Assembly (NCBI GenBank): GCA_963796055.1
Contig: CAWCKH010000004.1
Coordinates: 2,080,001 to 2,144,000, forward strand
DNA length: 64,000 bases
From: an uncultured delta proteobacterium
GTDB taxonomy: Bacteria > Myxococcota > Myxococcia > Myxococcales > Myxococcaceae
Direction: 5' to 3'
This document shows, piece after piece, positions 37,438 to 48,213 of this stretch. The notes beneath the pieces were generated by a model, which searched no databases, had not been told where the DNA came from, and saw only the letters and a program-made list of their open reading frames with translations. The position numbers were made by a program, and so were the translations under genes. Positions within the stretch are counted from its first letter, which is position 1, and each line of letters begins with the position of its first letter.

Positions 37438-39174
37438 ATGAAGACCGCCGCAGTGCTCCTTTTTCTGCTGCCGCCGACCGCCTTCGCTGCGCCGAAGCCT
37501 GACCCCACCCGGGGTGCCGCGCTGTTCCAGGAGCGGTGCGCGCTGTGCCACACCGTCGAGCCGGGAACCTCCGGCGGTCGGGGCCCGAACCTCCGCGGCG
37601 TCGTGGGCCGCAAGGCGGCGAGCACCGACTTCGCTGACTCGGCCGCGCTCACCCGCTGGGGACGGACGTGGACGCCGGAGCTGCTTCAAAAATACCTCGT
37701 CGACCCGGGCAAGCTCGTCCCAGGCACGACCATGACCCAGCGAGTCACCGACCCCGGTGAGCGCGCGGACCTGGTGGCGTTCTTGAAGACCCTGAAGGCA
37801 TCGAAGCCCCTGGCCCCACCCGCCGCCGCTGCGCCCACCATTGCCCCCGATGCCGGAGTCTCCCCGCCGGCGCAGGGCACTGCTGCAGCGAATGCTCCGG
37901 ACGGCGGCACGGGTGGCGTCCTCACCGGTGCGGCGGCGTTCGGCGACTGGCGTTCCGATGCCCCCGGGGTGCGGCGGCACATCCGCCTCGGGGATCTCCC
38001 GGCGCCGTTTGCCACCAGCTCCGCGCGCAACAGCCCGCGTGTCGTCCCCCGGCCCCCAGAGGCGCGCCCCCGTGCTCCCGACGGGTGGCGGGTAGACCTC
38101 TTCGCCGAGGGGCTCGAGGAGCCTCGGCAGATCCGCGTCGCCCCGAACGGAGACATCTTCCTCGCCGAGACCGGGCGTGGGCGCATCCGGGTGCTCCGGG
38201 CGAAGGACGGAGCCACCCGCGCCGAGCAGCGGTTCACCTTTGCCGACGGCCTCGACGAGCCGTTCGGCATGGCCTTCCACCCACCCGGCCCCGCGCCGCA
38301 GTGGCTCTACGTCGCCGAGATCAACCGGGTCCTTCGCTTTCCGTACGCCCAGGGCGACACCCGGGCACGGGCGCGCCCCGAGGTGATGGTGGCGCAGCTC
38401 GCGCCCACCACCGGCGGCCACACCACCCGCGACGTCGTCTTCTCGCTCGACGGGAAGCGGATGTTCGTCTCGGTCGGAAGCCAGTCCAACGTCGCCGAGG
38501 GGATTGGGAAGAAGAGCCCGGACGAGGTGCGCGCCTGGGAGGCGACCCACGCCCTCGGCGCCGCGTGGGGATTCGAGGAGCGCCGGGCCGACGTGCTGGT
38601 CTTCGACCCCGCCGGCAAGGAGGGCCGAACCTTCGCCACCGGCCTCCGCAACTGCGTGGGCATGGCGGTGCACCCCACGACCGGTGACCTGTGGTGCTCC
38701 ACCAACGAGCGCGATGGGATGGGCGATGACCTCGTTCCCGACGTCGTCACCCGGGTGCGCGAGGGTGCGTTCTACGGCTGGCCCTGGTACTGGCTGGGCA
38801 ACCACGAGGACCCGCGCCTGAAGGGGCACCGGCCCGATCTCATGGGGAAGGTCACGCTCCCGGACGTGCTGATCCAGGCGCACTCGGCCTCGCTGGGGAT
38901 GACCTTCCGGGAGGGGGACGGGTTCGCCTCCGAGCACGGCTCGTGGAACCGCGAGCGGCGCACCGGCTACAAGGTCATCCGCATCCCCACCCGCGAGGGC
39001 GTGCCCACCGGGGAGTACCAGGATTTCCTGACCGGGTTCGTGGTCGACGCGCGCAGTGCCTGGGGGCGCCCGGTGGGGGTGGCGGTCGCGCACGACGGGG
39101 CGATCCTGGTGACCGAGGACGCCGGCGGGACGGTGTGGCGCGTGGCTCCCTCCTCCGGGTCGGCCTCCCGCTGA
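37438..39174 (+). CDS. Cytochrome c / L-sorbosone-dehydrogenase-like beta-propeller fusion
   Basis: Signal peptide, CALCH, GPNL.GV.GR, PGTTM; then GLRNCVG, NERD.MGD, YGWP, HGSWNR. Confidence 0.85.
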   Translation: MKTAAVLLFLLPPTAFAAPKPDPTRGAALFQERCALCHTVEPGTSGGRGPNLRGVVGRKAASTDFADSAALTRWGRTWTPELLQKYLVDPGKLVPGTTMTQRVTDPGERADLVAFLKTLKASKPLAPPAAAAPTIAPDAGVSPPAQGTAAANAPDGGTGGVLTGAAAFGDWRSDAPGVRRHIRLGDLPAPFATSSARNSPRVVPRPPEARPRAPDGWRVDLFAEGLEEPRQIRVAPNGDIFLAETGRGRIRVLRAKDGATRAEQRFTFADGLDEPFGMAFHPPGPAPQWLYVAEINRVLRFPYAQGDTRARARPEVMVAQLAPTTGGHTTRDVVFSLDGKRMFVSVGSQSNVAEGIGKKSPDEVRAWEATHALGAAWGFEERRADVLVFDPAGKEGRTFATGLRNCVGMAVHPTTGDLWCSTNERDGMGDDLVPDVVTRVREGAFYGWPWYWLGNHEDPRLKGHRPDLMGKVTLPDVLIQAHSASLGMTFREGDGFASEHGSWNRERRTGYKVIRIPTREGVPTGEYQDFLTGFVVDARSAWGRPVGVAVAHDGAILVTEDAGGTVWRVAPSSGSASR

Positions 39175-39230
39175 CCCCTCGTCCCCTCCGGGGTGGGCGG
39201 CCCGGGTCCGGCCGTGCTCTGCTACCGTCC

Positions 39231-41952
39231 GTGCGCCGTCGCGTCTTCGTGGTGGCAGGCGAGTACGGGAGCAACCCGCGGTTCCTCACCGCGGAGCGGC
39301 GCTCGACCGAGTTCCTCTCCGAGCCGGCGCCTGAGCCCGAGGCTGCCGAGCTCGCCCGGCTCTTCTTCCGCTACCCGAACCGGAGCGACGACGGCCGTGC
39401 CCGCCCGGCCGACTGGGAACGGGAATTCGGCCTCTCCGAGCCGGTGACCCTGACCGACCTCCTGGCCTCGGCGGGCCATCGGGCCCTCTCCAGCCTCCAC
39501 GCGCTGCTCGGGGACAGGAGCTACCGGGCCACCTGCGACCGGGTCACCGACCTGTTCGTCACCTGCATGCCCGGGCTCGACCCGAACGAGCGGATGAACG
39601 TGGGGCTCGTGCCCCAGACGCTCCAGGCGATGCTCCAGCTGTCGCGGCGCGCCCGGTGCCAGTTCCTTGCCGGCACGTCGGACAGCGGGGCGTGGGCCTT
39701 CGCCCAGGCGGTGCGCGCGGCCCGTTCCGAGGAGCGCGGGGCGACGGTGCTGGTCGTCGCCGGGCAGATCATCCCCTCGGGCTACGCCTCGCAGTACCAG
39801 ATCCGCACCGTGCTCGGTGACCTCGACCAGGCGCGCGGACTGGACATGTTGGTGGTGGGCGACCTGCTGATGGACTGCATGCGCCGCAATCTCGGGGTCT
39901 CCCGCCAGGCGGTGGAGGCGGGGCTGGCCTCCATCTCGATGCGGAAGTTCCAGGCGGCGGGCGCGTATCCGGCGGCGATGCTCTCCGGACGGCTCCCGCG
40001 GCGGAGCACCCGCCGGACGCCGTACTTCGACGGGGACGACATCGCCGCTCCCTGCTGCGGGGCGGCCGCCACCCTGGTCACCTCGGACGAGGAGCTGGTG
40101 GCCCAGGTGCTTGCCGCCCGCTCGCCCCGCCACGCGGGCTCGCCGGTGGTGGAGGTGCTCGGGGTGGGTGAGGGGAGCAGCAACCCCAGCTTCCTGGAGC
40201 GCCAGTCACCGCTGATCTTCGCCACTGCCATCCGCGAGGCCTTCGCCGCGACCGCGGACGACGCCGGGGTGCGGCCGGCCACGTTCCCCGGGTCGGGCTT
40301 CGCGGTGGTGCACGACGCCTTTCCAAGCATCGAGCTGGCGTTCCTGCTCGGGATGGGGCTCGACTGGCACCGGGCGGTGGAGCGGATGCGCGACGGGTGG
40401 AGCAACCCCTACGGCGGGCTGCTGACGTTTGGACACGCGCTCGGGGCCTCGGGCCTGGTGCAGGTGAACAAGACGCAGCACGTCTTCAGCGGGGACCGGC
40501 GCCATCTGAGACCCATCCCCTCGGGTCCGGGGCCGCTTCCGGGGACGCTGGCCTTCACCACCTCGGTGGGCGGGCCGTTCTCGCACATCGTGGTGTCGCT
40601 CTTCCGCGGCGGCAACGGCGAGCTGCCGCAGCCGGGCCGGACCAGCCCCTCGGCGGAGTGGGCCGAGCGACGGCGCAAGCTCCGCCGGGCGCTGCCGGTC
40701 CACCTCGCGCGCGTGGAGCGGACGCTGGCGGGGCAGGGCCGGCCGCTGCTGATCGAGGGCACCACCTACGTCAGCATCCGGAGCTGCCTGCGCGCGCTGA
40801 AGCCCGCCGACATCGCGGCGCTCACCTTCGACGGCATCGAGACGCTGGTCCGGCCGGAGCGCCTGGACGAGGTGCGGATACGGCTCCGCTCCCTGGTGTC
40901 CCTGGTGGTGGCGGAGGCCGAGCGCCTCTCGTCCCTCTTCGACGTGTTCCGGGTGCTCACCGACGAGCTGGTGGCCATGGGCGAGGAGTGGCGCCAGGCC
41001 CGCTGGTTCACCCCCGAGGCCGCGGGGATGCCGCCGGCCCGCCTCACCGAGCGTCTCAAGGAGAGCCTCCGCGTGCCGCTGGCCGTCCTCTGCGTCCGTG
41101 AGGACGCCCGGGTGCGGCGGCTGGTGCAGTTCCTTCCCCGGAACGGGCTGGGGTACGAGGCGCTCGAGGCGGTGGATCTCGCGCTGGACGCGGGCGGGGA
41201 GCTGCAGCCGCTCGACGGCCCCGAGGCGGCGATGCTCCTGCCCTGGTGGAGCGCGCACGCGCGACGACCCGAGCTCCCCCCTCCCATCGGCACCGGCGCG
41301 GATCGCCTGGAGGCGCTCCTCGGTCCCGCGGGCGAGTCGGTCGACGAGACGCCCGGAGATCTCGATCCTGCTCCGTGAGTGGGCGCTGCCCGAGCCGCGG
41401 CCATGGGCGACGGAGCTGGCCGCCGCTGCCTCCGCACGCCCGGTCCTGCGGGCGGTGGCCTACGTGGCCCAGGTCGTCCCGCCGGCGCCCGACCGGCTCG
41501 CGGCCGCACAGGAGGCGCTCGCCGAGGCCGCGCGCGAGGCGCAGGGCTGGCTGGGCAGCTGGCAGATCGCCTTCGCCCAGGCAGGCAACCGCCTCTGGAT
41601 GACCGGGGCCTCGGCGGCGGCCCAGGACGCGACGGATCTGCTCCGGTTTGCCCGGGAGGTGGCGCGGGCGACCGCGGTCTCCGGTGTGCAGGTTCGCGCC
41701 GCGCTGGCGACTGGCACCGGCATGCTGTTCGAGGACGTGCATGGACGGCCGGCGGTGGCGTCCGAGCTGACGGTGCGGGCGGTCGAGGCGCTCGGGGTGC
41801 TGGACCGCTCGATTCCGGCCGGTGCGCCCGGGCCGGCGGCGGTCCTCGCCCTCACCATGGCCGAGGTGGACGGACCGCTGGGCGAGGCGGAGACGTCCGG
41901 GTGGCACACCGCGGCGACCAGCGGGGGCGTGCGGCTGTTCGTGCTGGAGTGA
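39231..41952 (+). CDS. Thiolase-fold protein with atypical active site and a degenerate cyclase-like C-terminal domain; apparent +1 frameshift near 41352
   Basis: GTSDSG, PCCGAAA, VHDAF, NPYGGLLTFGHALGASG; first frame stops at 41378 and coding continues in the next frame (ILLREWALPEP...) to TGA 41952. Confidence 0.65.
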
Positions 41953-42046
41953 CGCCCGACCAGGCGAGCGCCTGTCCTGAACCCCACGATGTCGTCACCT
42001 TGCTCCGCTGGGGATCGGCCCCAGGTTCCGGAGTGGAGGTTTCGCC

Positions 42047-42463
42047 ATGCCGGAGAAGAAGACCCTGGAGAAGGCCAGCGAGGACCTGAAGGAAGGAAAG
42101 AGCCCGACGACGGCAGCCGGAGAGTTTGTCCGCGAGGAGATGGAGCACATCCGTGAGGGCAAGCACGGCGCACGGTCGACCAAGCAGGCAATCGCCATCG
42201 GGCTCTCGAAGGCCCGCCGCGCGGGTGTGCCACTGAAGCCGCCGAAGAAGGGGCAGACCAGCCGGCGGACACGGCGTTCCGCCGAGCGGGCCTACGAGGT
42301 CGGCCAGGGGAAGCGGAAGCCCCGCTCTCCCTCGAGGAAGGGAAGTCGGGCCACCTCCCGGGCGCTCCGGCGCGAGGGACGGGGGGCCGCCTCGAAGCGC
42401 GCGCTCTCGTCGCAGGCGAGGCGCGCGGCAACGCGTCGGCGCCGGCGCTCCGGGCGCAGGTAG
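42047..42463 (+). CDS. Small basic protein (DUF6496-like, putative nucleic-acid binding)
   Basis: GEFVREEMEH..EGKHGARSTKQAIAIGLSKARRAGV and an Arg-rich tail; GGAGG RBS. Confidence 0.75.
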   Translation: MPEKKTLEKASEDLKEGKSPTTAAGEFVREEMEHIREGKHGARSTKQAIAIGLSKARRAGVPLKPPKKGQTSRRTRRSAERAYEVGQGKRKPRSPSRKGSRATSRALRREGRGAASKRALSSQARRAATRRRRRSGRR

Positions 42464-42552
42464 CGGGTCCCCGCCGAACACCGAAGACACGGCGAGCACA
42501 GCTCATGGGTGCAGTCAGTCTCGCCGCTGTGTTGCGGAACGCGGCCTGACCG

Positions 42553-43268
<716 letters not shown>

Positions 43269-43272
<4 letters not shown>

Positions 43273-44018
43273 GCCCGGGCCTCTCTCTCGTCCCCCAGGT
43301 AGGCTGCCACCACCGCCGGATCGTGCAGCGCCTCCGCCGGACGTCCCTCGGCGATCTTCTTTCCAAAGTTGAGCACCACCAGCCGGTCCGACAGCCCGGC
43401 CACCGCGTGCACGTGGTGCTCGATCATGAGAATCGTCAGCCCGCTGTCCCGCAGCGCCCGGACCAGCCCCATCGCCTGCTGGATCTCGGCCGGGTTCAGG
43501 CCTCCCATCACCTCGTCCAGGCACAGCACCTCGGGGCCGGTGGCCAGCGCCCGGGCGATCTCCAGGCGCTTCAGCTCGCCGATGCTCAGCACCCCGGCCT
43601 TCGCCTGTGCCCGGTGAGTGAGCTGGGTCCGGGTGAGCACCTCGTCCACCCGGTCCCGCGCGCTCCCGCCCCGGAGCTTCACCCGTCCATAGAGCGCACC
43701 CACCCGGATGTTGTCCGCCACGGTCATGTCGCGGAACGGCTTCACGATCTGGTGAGTCCGGACCAGCCCCCGGGTGACGACCTGGTCGTTGCGTAACCCC
43801 GAGAGCTCCTCGCCGCGGAAACGCACGCTGCCCGACGTCGGCTTCACCGCCCCCACCAGGCAGGAGAAGAGCGTGGTCTTCCCCGCGCCGTTGGGACCGA
43901 TGACGCTGAAGATCTCCCCGCGCTGCACCTGGAAGGAGACCGCATCCAGCGCCAGGAGCCCGCCGAAGCGCTTGCTCACCGAGTCCACCGCGAGGAGGGG
44001 AGCCGTCTCAGCTGGCAC
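43269..44018 (-). CDS. livG: Branched-chain amino-acid ABC transporter ATPase
   Basis: KRFGGL, GPNGAGKTT, LDEVMGGLN, IEH, AYLG. Confidence 0.92.
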
Positions 44019-44982
44019 GCGTCGCCTCCGCCACCGCCGGAGTCCGGCGCCGCGGTCGCAGACCGACCAGGCGCTCCCAGAGGCCCACGATGCCCCGTGG
44101 CTCGAAGAGCATCACCACGATCAGCAGCCCCCCGTAGATGAAGAGGTACGAGTCGCGGAGCGCCGGGCTCGCCAGCAGCTTGATCTGCAGGTAGCTGAAG
44201 AGGATCGCCCCCAGCACCGGTCCGACCAGCGTGCCCATCCCGCCCACGATGGGCATCAGGACGATGGTCAAGGACAGCCGGAAGTCGAACACGCTCCCCG
44301 GGCTGATGTACTGGAAGTTGGTCGCGAACAGCCCCCCGGCCACTGCCACCAGCGCGGCGGAGATGGCGTGGGCCTGCAGCTTGGCCCAGGTGGAGTGGAC
44401 CCCGAGCGCCTCGGCGGCGTCGATGTCCTGGCGGATCGCCTCCAGGCCAAGCCCGAAGGCGTGCCGCTGCAGCCAGGCCACCAGCGCCAGCGTCAACAGC
44501 GCCAGCCCCACCATGCCGTAGTAGTTGGCGTTGAAGTCGAACGTCCCGGCCGGCATCCGCAGGCCGCTCGAGCCTCCGGTGAACTCCAGGCCCGAGGCGA
44601 TGACCCGCACCGCCTCGCCCACCCCGATGGTGGCGATGGTGAAGTAAGGCCCGCGGAGCCGGAATGTGGGCAAGCCCACCAGCACGCTGAAGGCCACCGC
44701 CAGCGCCGCGCCCACCGGCAAGGTCAGCCACGGCGACCACCCCGCATTGGCCAGGAGCACCGTGGTGTACGCCCCGATTCCGACGAAGACCGAGTATCCG
44801 AGCGAAACCTGCCCGGCGAACCCGCCGAGGAGGTTCCAGGCCGAGGCGAGCACCACGTAGAACGCCATGTTCCAGAGATCGTTCAGCGTCCCCCGGGGGG
44901 CCAACAGCGGAGCGAGCAGGAGCCCCGCGGCGAAGAGCAGGCCGGCCGGGAGCACCGGATGGCGGCGAAGAAGGGCCGTCAC
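44008..44982 (-). CDS. livM: Branched-chain amino-acid ABC transporter permease
   Basis: WNLLGGFAGQVSLG, RLRGPYF, GGMGTLVGP. Confidence 0.9.
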   Translation of the reverse strand: MTALLRRHPVLPAGLLFAAGLLLAPLLAPRGTLNDLWNMAFYVVLASAWNLLGGFAGQVSLGYSVFVGIGAYTTVLLANAGWSPWLTLPVGAALAVAFSVLVGLPTFRLRGPYFTIATIGVGEAVRVIASGLEFTGGSSGLRMPAGTFDFNANYYGMVGLALLTLALVAWLQRHAFGLGLEAIRQDIDAAEALGVHSTWAKLQAHAISAALVAVAGGLFATNFQYISPGSVFDFRLSLTIVLMPIVGGMGTLVGPVLGAILFSYLQIKLLASPALRDSYLFIYGGLLIVVMLFEPRGIVGLWERLVGLRPRRRTPAVAEATRAS

Positions 44983-45884
44983 CGCGCCACCGCCCGCCGG
45001 TCGAGCATTCGCCACAGGCCCGGCAGCCCACCCGGGGCCGCCACCAGCACCACCACCAGCAGGGTGAAGCTGATCGCGTCCTGGAACGAGACGGGGATCG
45101 AGGTGTACGCGGAGGCGAAATTCTCGATGAACGCCAGCACCAGCGCCCCCACCGCCACCCCGGTGAAGCTCTCCATCCCCCCGAGCACGATGATGCAGAA
45201 CGACTTGAGGAGGAAGCTGCGCCCGAAATCCGGAGTGAAGGCATAGAGCGTGGAGAGCATGCTTCCCCCCATCGCCGCGAACGCCGTGCCGAGGCCAAAG
45301 GCCACCGCGGCGATCTGCCCGGCGTTCACCCCCGAGAGCATCGCCGCATCGCGGTTCTGGGTCACGGCGCGGATTGCCTTGCCCAGGTAGGTGCGGCGCA
45401 AGACCAGATTGAGCCCCACCAGCGAGAGGATGCTCACCCCGAAGACCAGGATCTGCGGCACGCCGAAGCGGCCACCGAGCACCTCGACCGACTCCATGGT
45501 GTACGGAGTGAGGATCGACTGGGTGTCCCCTCCCCAGATGGCGTAGGCCAGGTTCTGCAGCACCAGCCACACCCCGAAGAGCAGCAGGAGCGACTGCATC
45601 GACGGGCCGGCGGAGGCGCGCGGCAGCCAGCGGATCAGGATGGCATACAGGGCCATCCCGATCAGGAAGAAGGCCGGCGCGACCACCAGCAGCGACACGA
45701 ACGGGTCGAGCTGGAACCGGTCGTTGAGGGCGTAGGTGGCATAGGCGGCGAGCATCATCAGCCCGGCGTGGGCCAGGTTGATGATCCGCATCACCCCGTA
45801 GATGACCGCCAGCCCGTACGACATCGTCGCGTAGAGTCCGGCGGCGAGCAGAGAGTTCAGGGCGACGACGACGAGCTTCTGCAT
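44979..45884 (-). CDS. livH: Branched-chain amino-acid ABC transporter permease
   Basis: GVMRIINLAH, GKAIRAVTQN, IVLGGM. Confidence 0.9.
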   Translation of the reverse strand: MQKLVVVALNSLLAAGLYATMSYGLAVIYGVMRIINLAHAGLMMLAAYATYALNDRFQLDPFVSLLVVAPAFFLIGMALYAILIRWLPRASAGPSMQSLLLLFGVWLVLQNLAYAIWGGDTQSILTPYTMESVEVLGGRFGVPQILVFGVSILSLVGLNLVLRRTYLGKAIRAVTQNRDAAMLSGVNAGQIAAVAFGLGTAFAAMGGSMLSTLYAFTPDFGRSFLLKSFCIIVLGGMESFTGVAVGALVLAFIENFASAYTSIPVSFQDAISFTLLVVVLVAAPGGLPGLWRMLDRRAVAR

Positions 45885-45907
45885 TCGACTCCCGCCCTAC
45901 GCCGGGC

Positions 45908-47107
45908 TCACTTCGCGGGGATGGGCGCGATCGCCGGCCCGGTCGCGTCCTTCTTGGGCCAGACCAGGTCCACCTTCCCACCCGGCTTGTTCTGGGTCAC
46001 CACGAAGGGGAGGTCGCACTGGCCGGTCTTGGTGAACGACAGCACCTGGCCGGGGACGATGCTCTTTTCCATCTTCAGTGCCGCCAGTGACCGGCGGATC
46101 TTCTCCGCCTCGAGCGAGCCCGCCTTGGAGATGGCGGTCAGCAGCGCCCGCGTCGTCTCGTAGGCCATCGCGTGGTACCACTGGGGCTCCACGCCGGTCG
46201 CCGCCTTGTACCGGGCATTGAACTCCTTGACCTGGGGGTAGGGGAGCAGGTCCGACCACCAGCCGCTGGCGAACACGTAGTCGGTGGCCGGCCCGAGCGC
46301 CTTGCGCGCCGCTGTGTCCGAGCCACGCGCGCCGTGGGTCAGCATCAGATGGTGCAGGCCCATCTGGGTGTAGGTCCGGTGCATGGCGATGAAGTCCTCG
46401 AGGTGCGAGTCGGCGAGGAACAGGGCCGTCTTGGCCTCGGCCACCCTCTGGAGCAGCGGCCGGTAGTCGGTGGTGTTGAGCTCGAACTTCTCCTGGACCA
46501 CCACCTTGTAACCGGGGTGGGTGTTCACGAAGTCGATCACCCCCTTCACGTAGTCGTTGCCGTGCTCGGTGTTCTCGGTGACCAGAGCGATGGTGAGCGG
46601 GGTCTTGAGCTTGCCCTGCTTCACCAGGTCGTCGAGGAAGGCCATCTGCGTCTCGGCCAGGTGCTCCACCGGGGAGAGCGTGCCGAAGACCCACTTGCTA
46701 CGGCCGTAGATCGCCGTCGCCCCCGCGCCACCACTGAGGTACGGGACGCCGTAGCGGTCCGGCACCACCGACTGCGCCTGGACCAGGTGCGAGCCGTAGC
46801 CGCCGATGATCGCGTGCACCTTGTCCTGGGTGATGAGCTGCTCGACCAGCTGCGCGCTCTTCGCCGCGTCCGAGGTGTCGTCGAGCAGCGAGAGGTTGAC
46901 CTTCATCTTCTTGCTGCCCACCTGCACTCCGCCCGCGTCGTTGACCTCCTTCACCGCGAGCTCGGTGGCCTGCTTGTAGGCGCCGCCGATCTTCGACTCC
47001 TTGCCGGTGACCGGCAGGACCGCGCCGATCCGGATCTCGTCCTGCGCGCGCACCGGCAGTCCGAGGACCAGGACCAAGAGCGCACCCATCCAGGTGATTC
47101 GCACCAT
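45908..47107 (-). CDS. livK: HAAT-family ABC substrate-binding protein
   Basis: Signal peptide, [25 protein letters not shown]. Confidence 0.85.
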   Translation of the reverse strand: MVRITWMGALLVLVLGLPVRAQDEIRIGAVLPVTGKESKIGGAYKQATELAVKEVNDAGGVQVGSKKMKVNLSLLDDTSDAAKSAQLVEQLITQDKVHAIIGGYGSHLVQAQSVVPDRYGVPYLSGGAGATAIYGRSKWVFGTLSPVEHLAETQMAFLDDLVKQGKLKTPLTIALVTENTEHGNDYVKGVIDFVNTHPGYKVVVQEKFELNTTDYRPLLQRVAEAKTALFLADSHLEDFIAMHRTYTQMGLHHLMLTHGARGSDTAARKALGPATDYVFASGWWSDLLPYPQVKEFNARYKAATGVEPQWYHAMAYETTRALLTAISKAGSLEAEKIRRSLAALKMEKSIVPGQVLSFTKTGQCDLPFVVTQNKPGGKVDLVWPKKDATGPAIAPIPAK

Positions 47108-47322
47108 GTCACCCTCCAAGAACCCGAGGTACCAGCCGCGACCACGTAGCACGTCCCGCGGGTCCCGCCTCACGCCGAAACGCGCGACGCGCCGCAGCAC
47201 GTTTGCTGGCGGTCTCCAGCAGTACGCGTGGTAAGGCATCGGATTCCCCAGGCTGCGCAAGCCGCTCCTCCGACGCACGCCACCTCGCCCGGGGTTCCCG
47301 CCTCCTCCAGAAGGAAGGACCC

Positions 47323-48102
47323 GTGCTCAACCGCAACGCAGTGCTCTTGACGCTGTTTGCCCTGGTATCGGCGCTCCCTGCGCTGGCTCAACCCGCCGGA
47401 AACGTGCTGGAGCTCAACATCCACACCCCCAAACCGGGGATGGGCGAGAAGTACGAGGCCGCACGCAAGAAGCACATGGCCTGGCACAAGACACAGAAGG
47501 ACACCTGGGCCTGGCACACCTGGCAGGTCATCTCCGGACCGGAGGGCGGCACGTACTACACCGGGACCTTCGGGCACGCCTGGAAGGACTTCGACGGCCA
47601 CGAGAAGTTCTGGAAGGACGACGAGGCGGACTACGGCAAGGGGATCGGTCCCACGGTCGGACTCTCGTTCGTCAGCTACTACGTCCGGCGCGCGGACCTG
47701 AGCCTGAGTCAGCCCACGGACGATCCGCCCACGGCCTACAGCCTGCTGACCTACTTCCACATCAAGCAGGACGGAGTGAACGACTTCGTCGACGCGGTGA
47801 AGAAGATCAACGAGGGAATCAAGAAGACCAACTACCGGCAGGCGGGGCCCAGCGCCTGGTACCAGCTGGTCAACGGTGGGGAGGGGCCCCTGTTCGTGCT
47901 CGCGGGAGGTCGGGCCAACTGGGCGGCGTTTGCTCCCAACGACAAGACGCTGGATCAGATGATGGAGGAGGCCTACGGCAAGGAGCAGGGCGCGGCGATC
48001 CTCGCCAGCGGCCGGAAGGCGATCCAGTCCACCCGTACCGAGACAGTCCAGTACCGGCCCGAGCTCAGCTACGTCCCGGCCAAGGAGACCGCGGGCCGCT
48101 GA
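47323..48102 (+). CDS. Exported protein with two NIPSNAP-like (dimeric alpha/beta barrel) repeats
   Basis: AGGAAGGA RBS, signal peptide ending ALA, two similar halves ending RRADLS and YRPELS. Confidence 0.6.
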   Translation: MLNRNAVLLTLFALVSALPALAQPAGNVLELNIHTPKPGMGEKYEAARKKHMAWHKTQKDTWAWHTWQVISGPEGGTYYTGTFGHAWKDFDGHEKFWKDDEADYGKGIGPTVGLSFVSYYVRRADLSLSQPTDDPPTAYSLLTYFHIKQDGVNDFVDAVKKINEGIKKTNYRQAGPSAWYQLVNGGEGPLFVLAGGRANWAAFAPNDKTLDQMMEEAYGKEQGAAILASGRKAIQSTRTETVQYRPELSYVPAKETAGR

Positions 48103-48128
48103 ACGCCGCCACCGAATCGGGTTGCACG

Positions 48129-48160
48129 CCCCGGGGCTGACGCGTAAATCAACCCCGGGG
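48129..48160. promoter_or_regulatory. Inverted repeat upstream of etfB (operator or terminator hairpin)
   Basis: CCCCGGGGCTGA-N8-TCAACCCCGGGG, arms match 11/12; TTGCAC at 48122-48127. Confidence 0.45.
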
Positions 48161-48213
48161 CCTGTCGCGCTGCGTCACGTGCGGCCAGGCCCCCCATCTC
48201 AGGGGAGCTGGAC

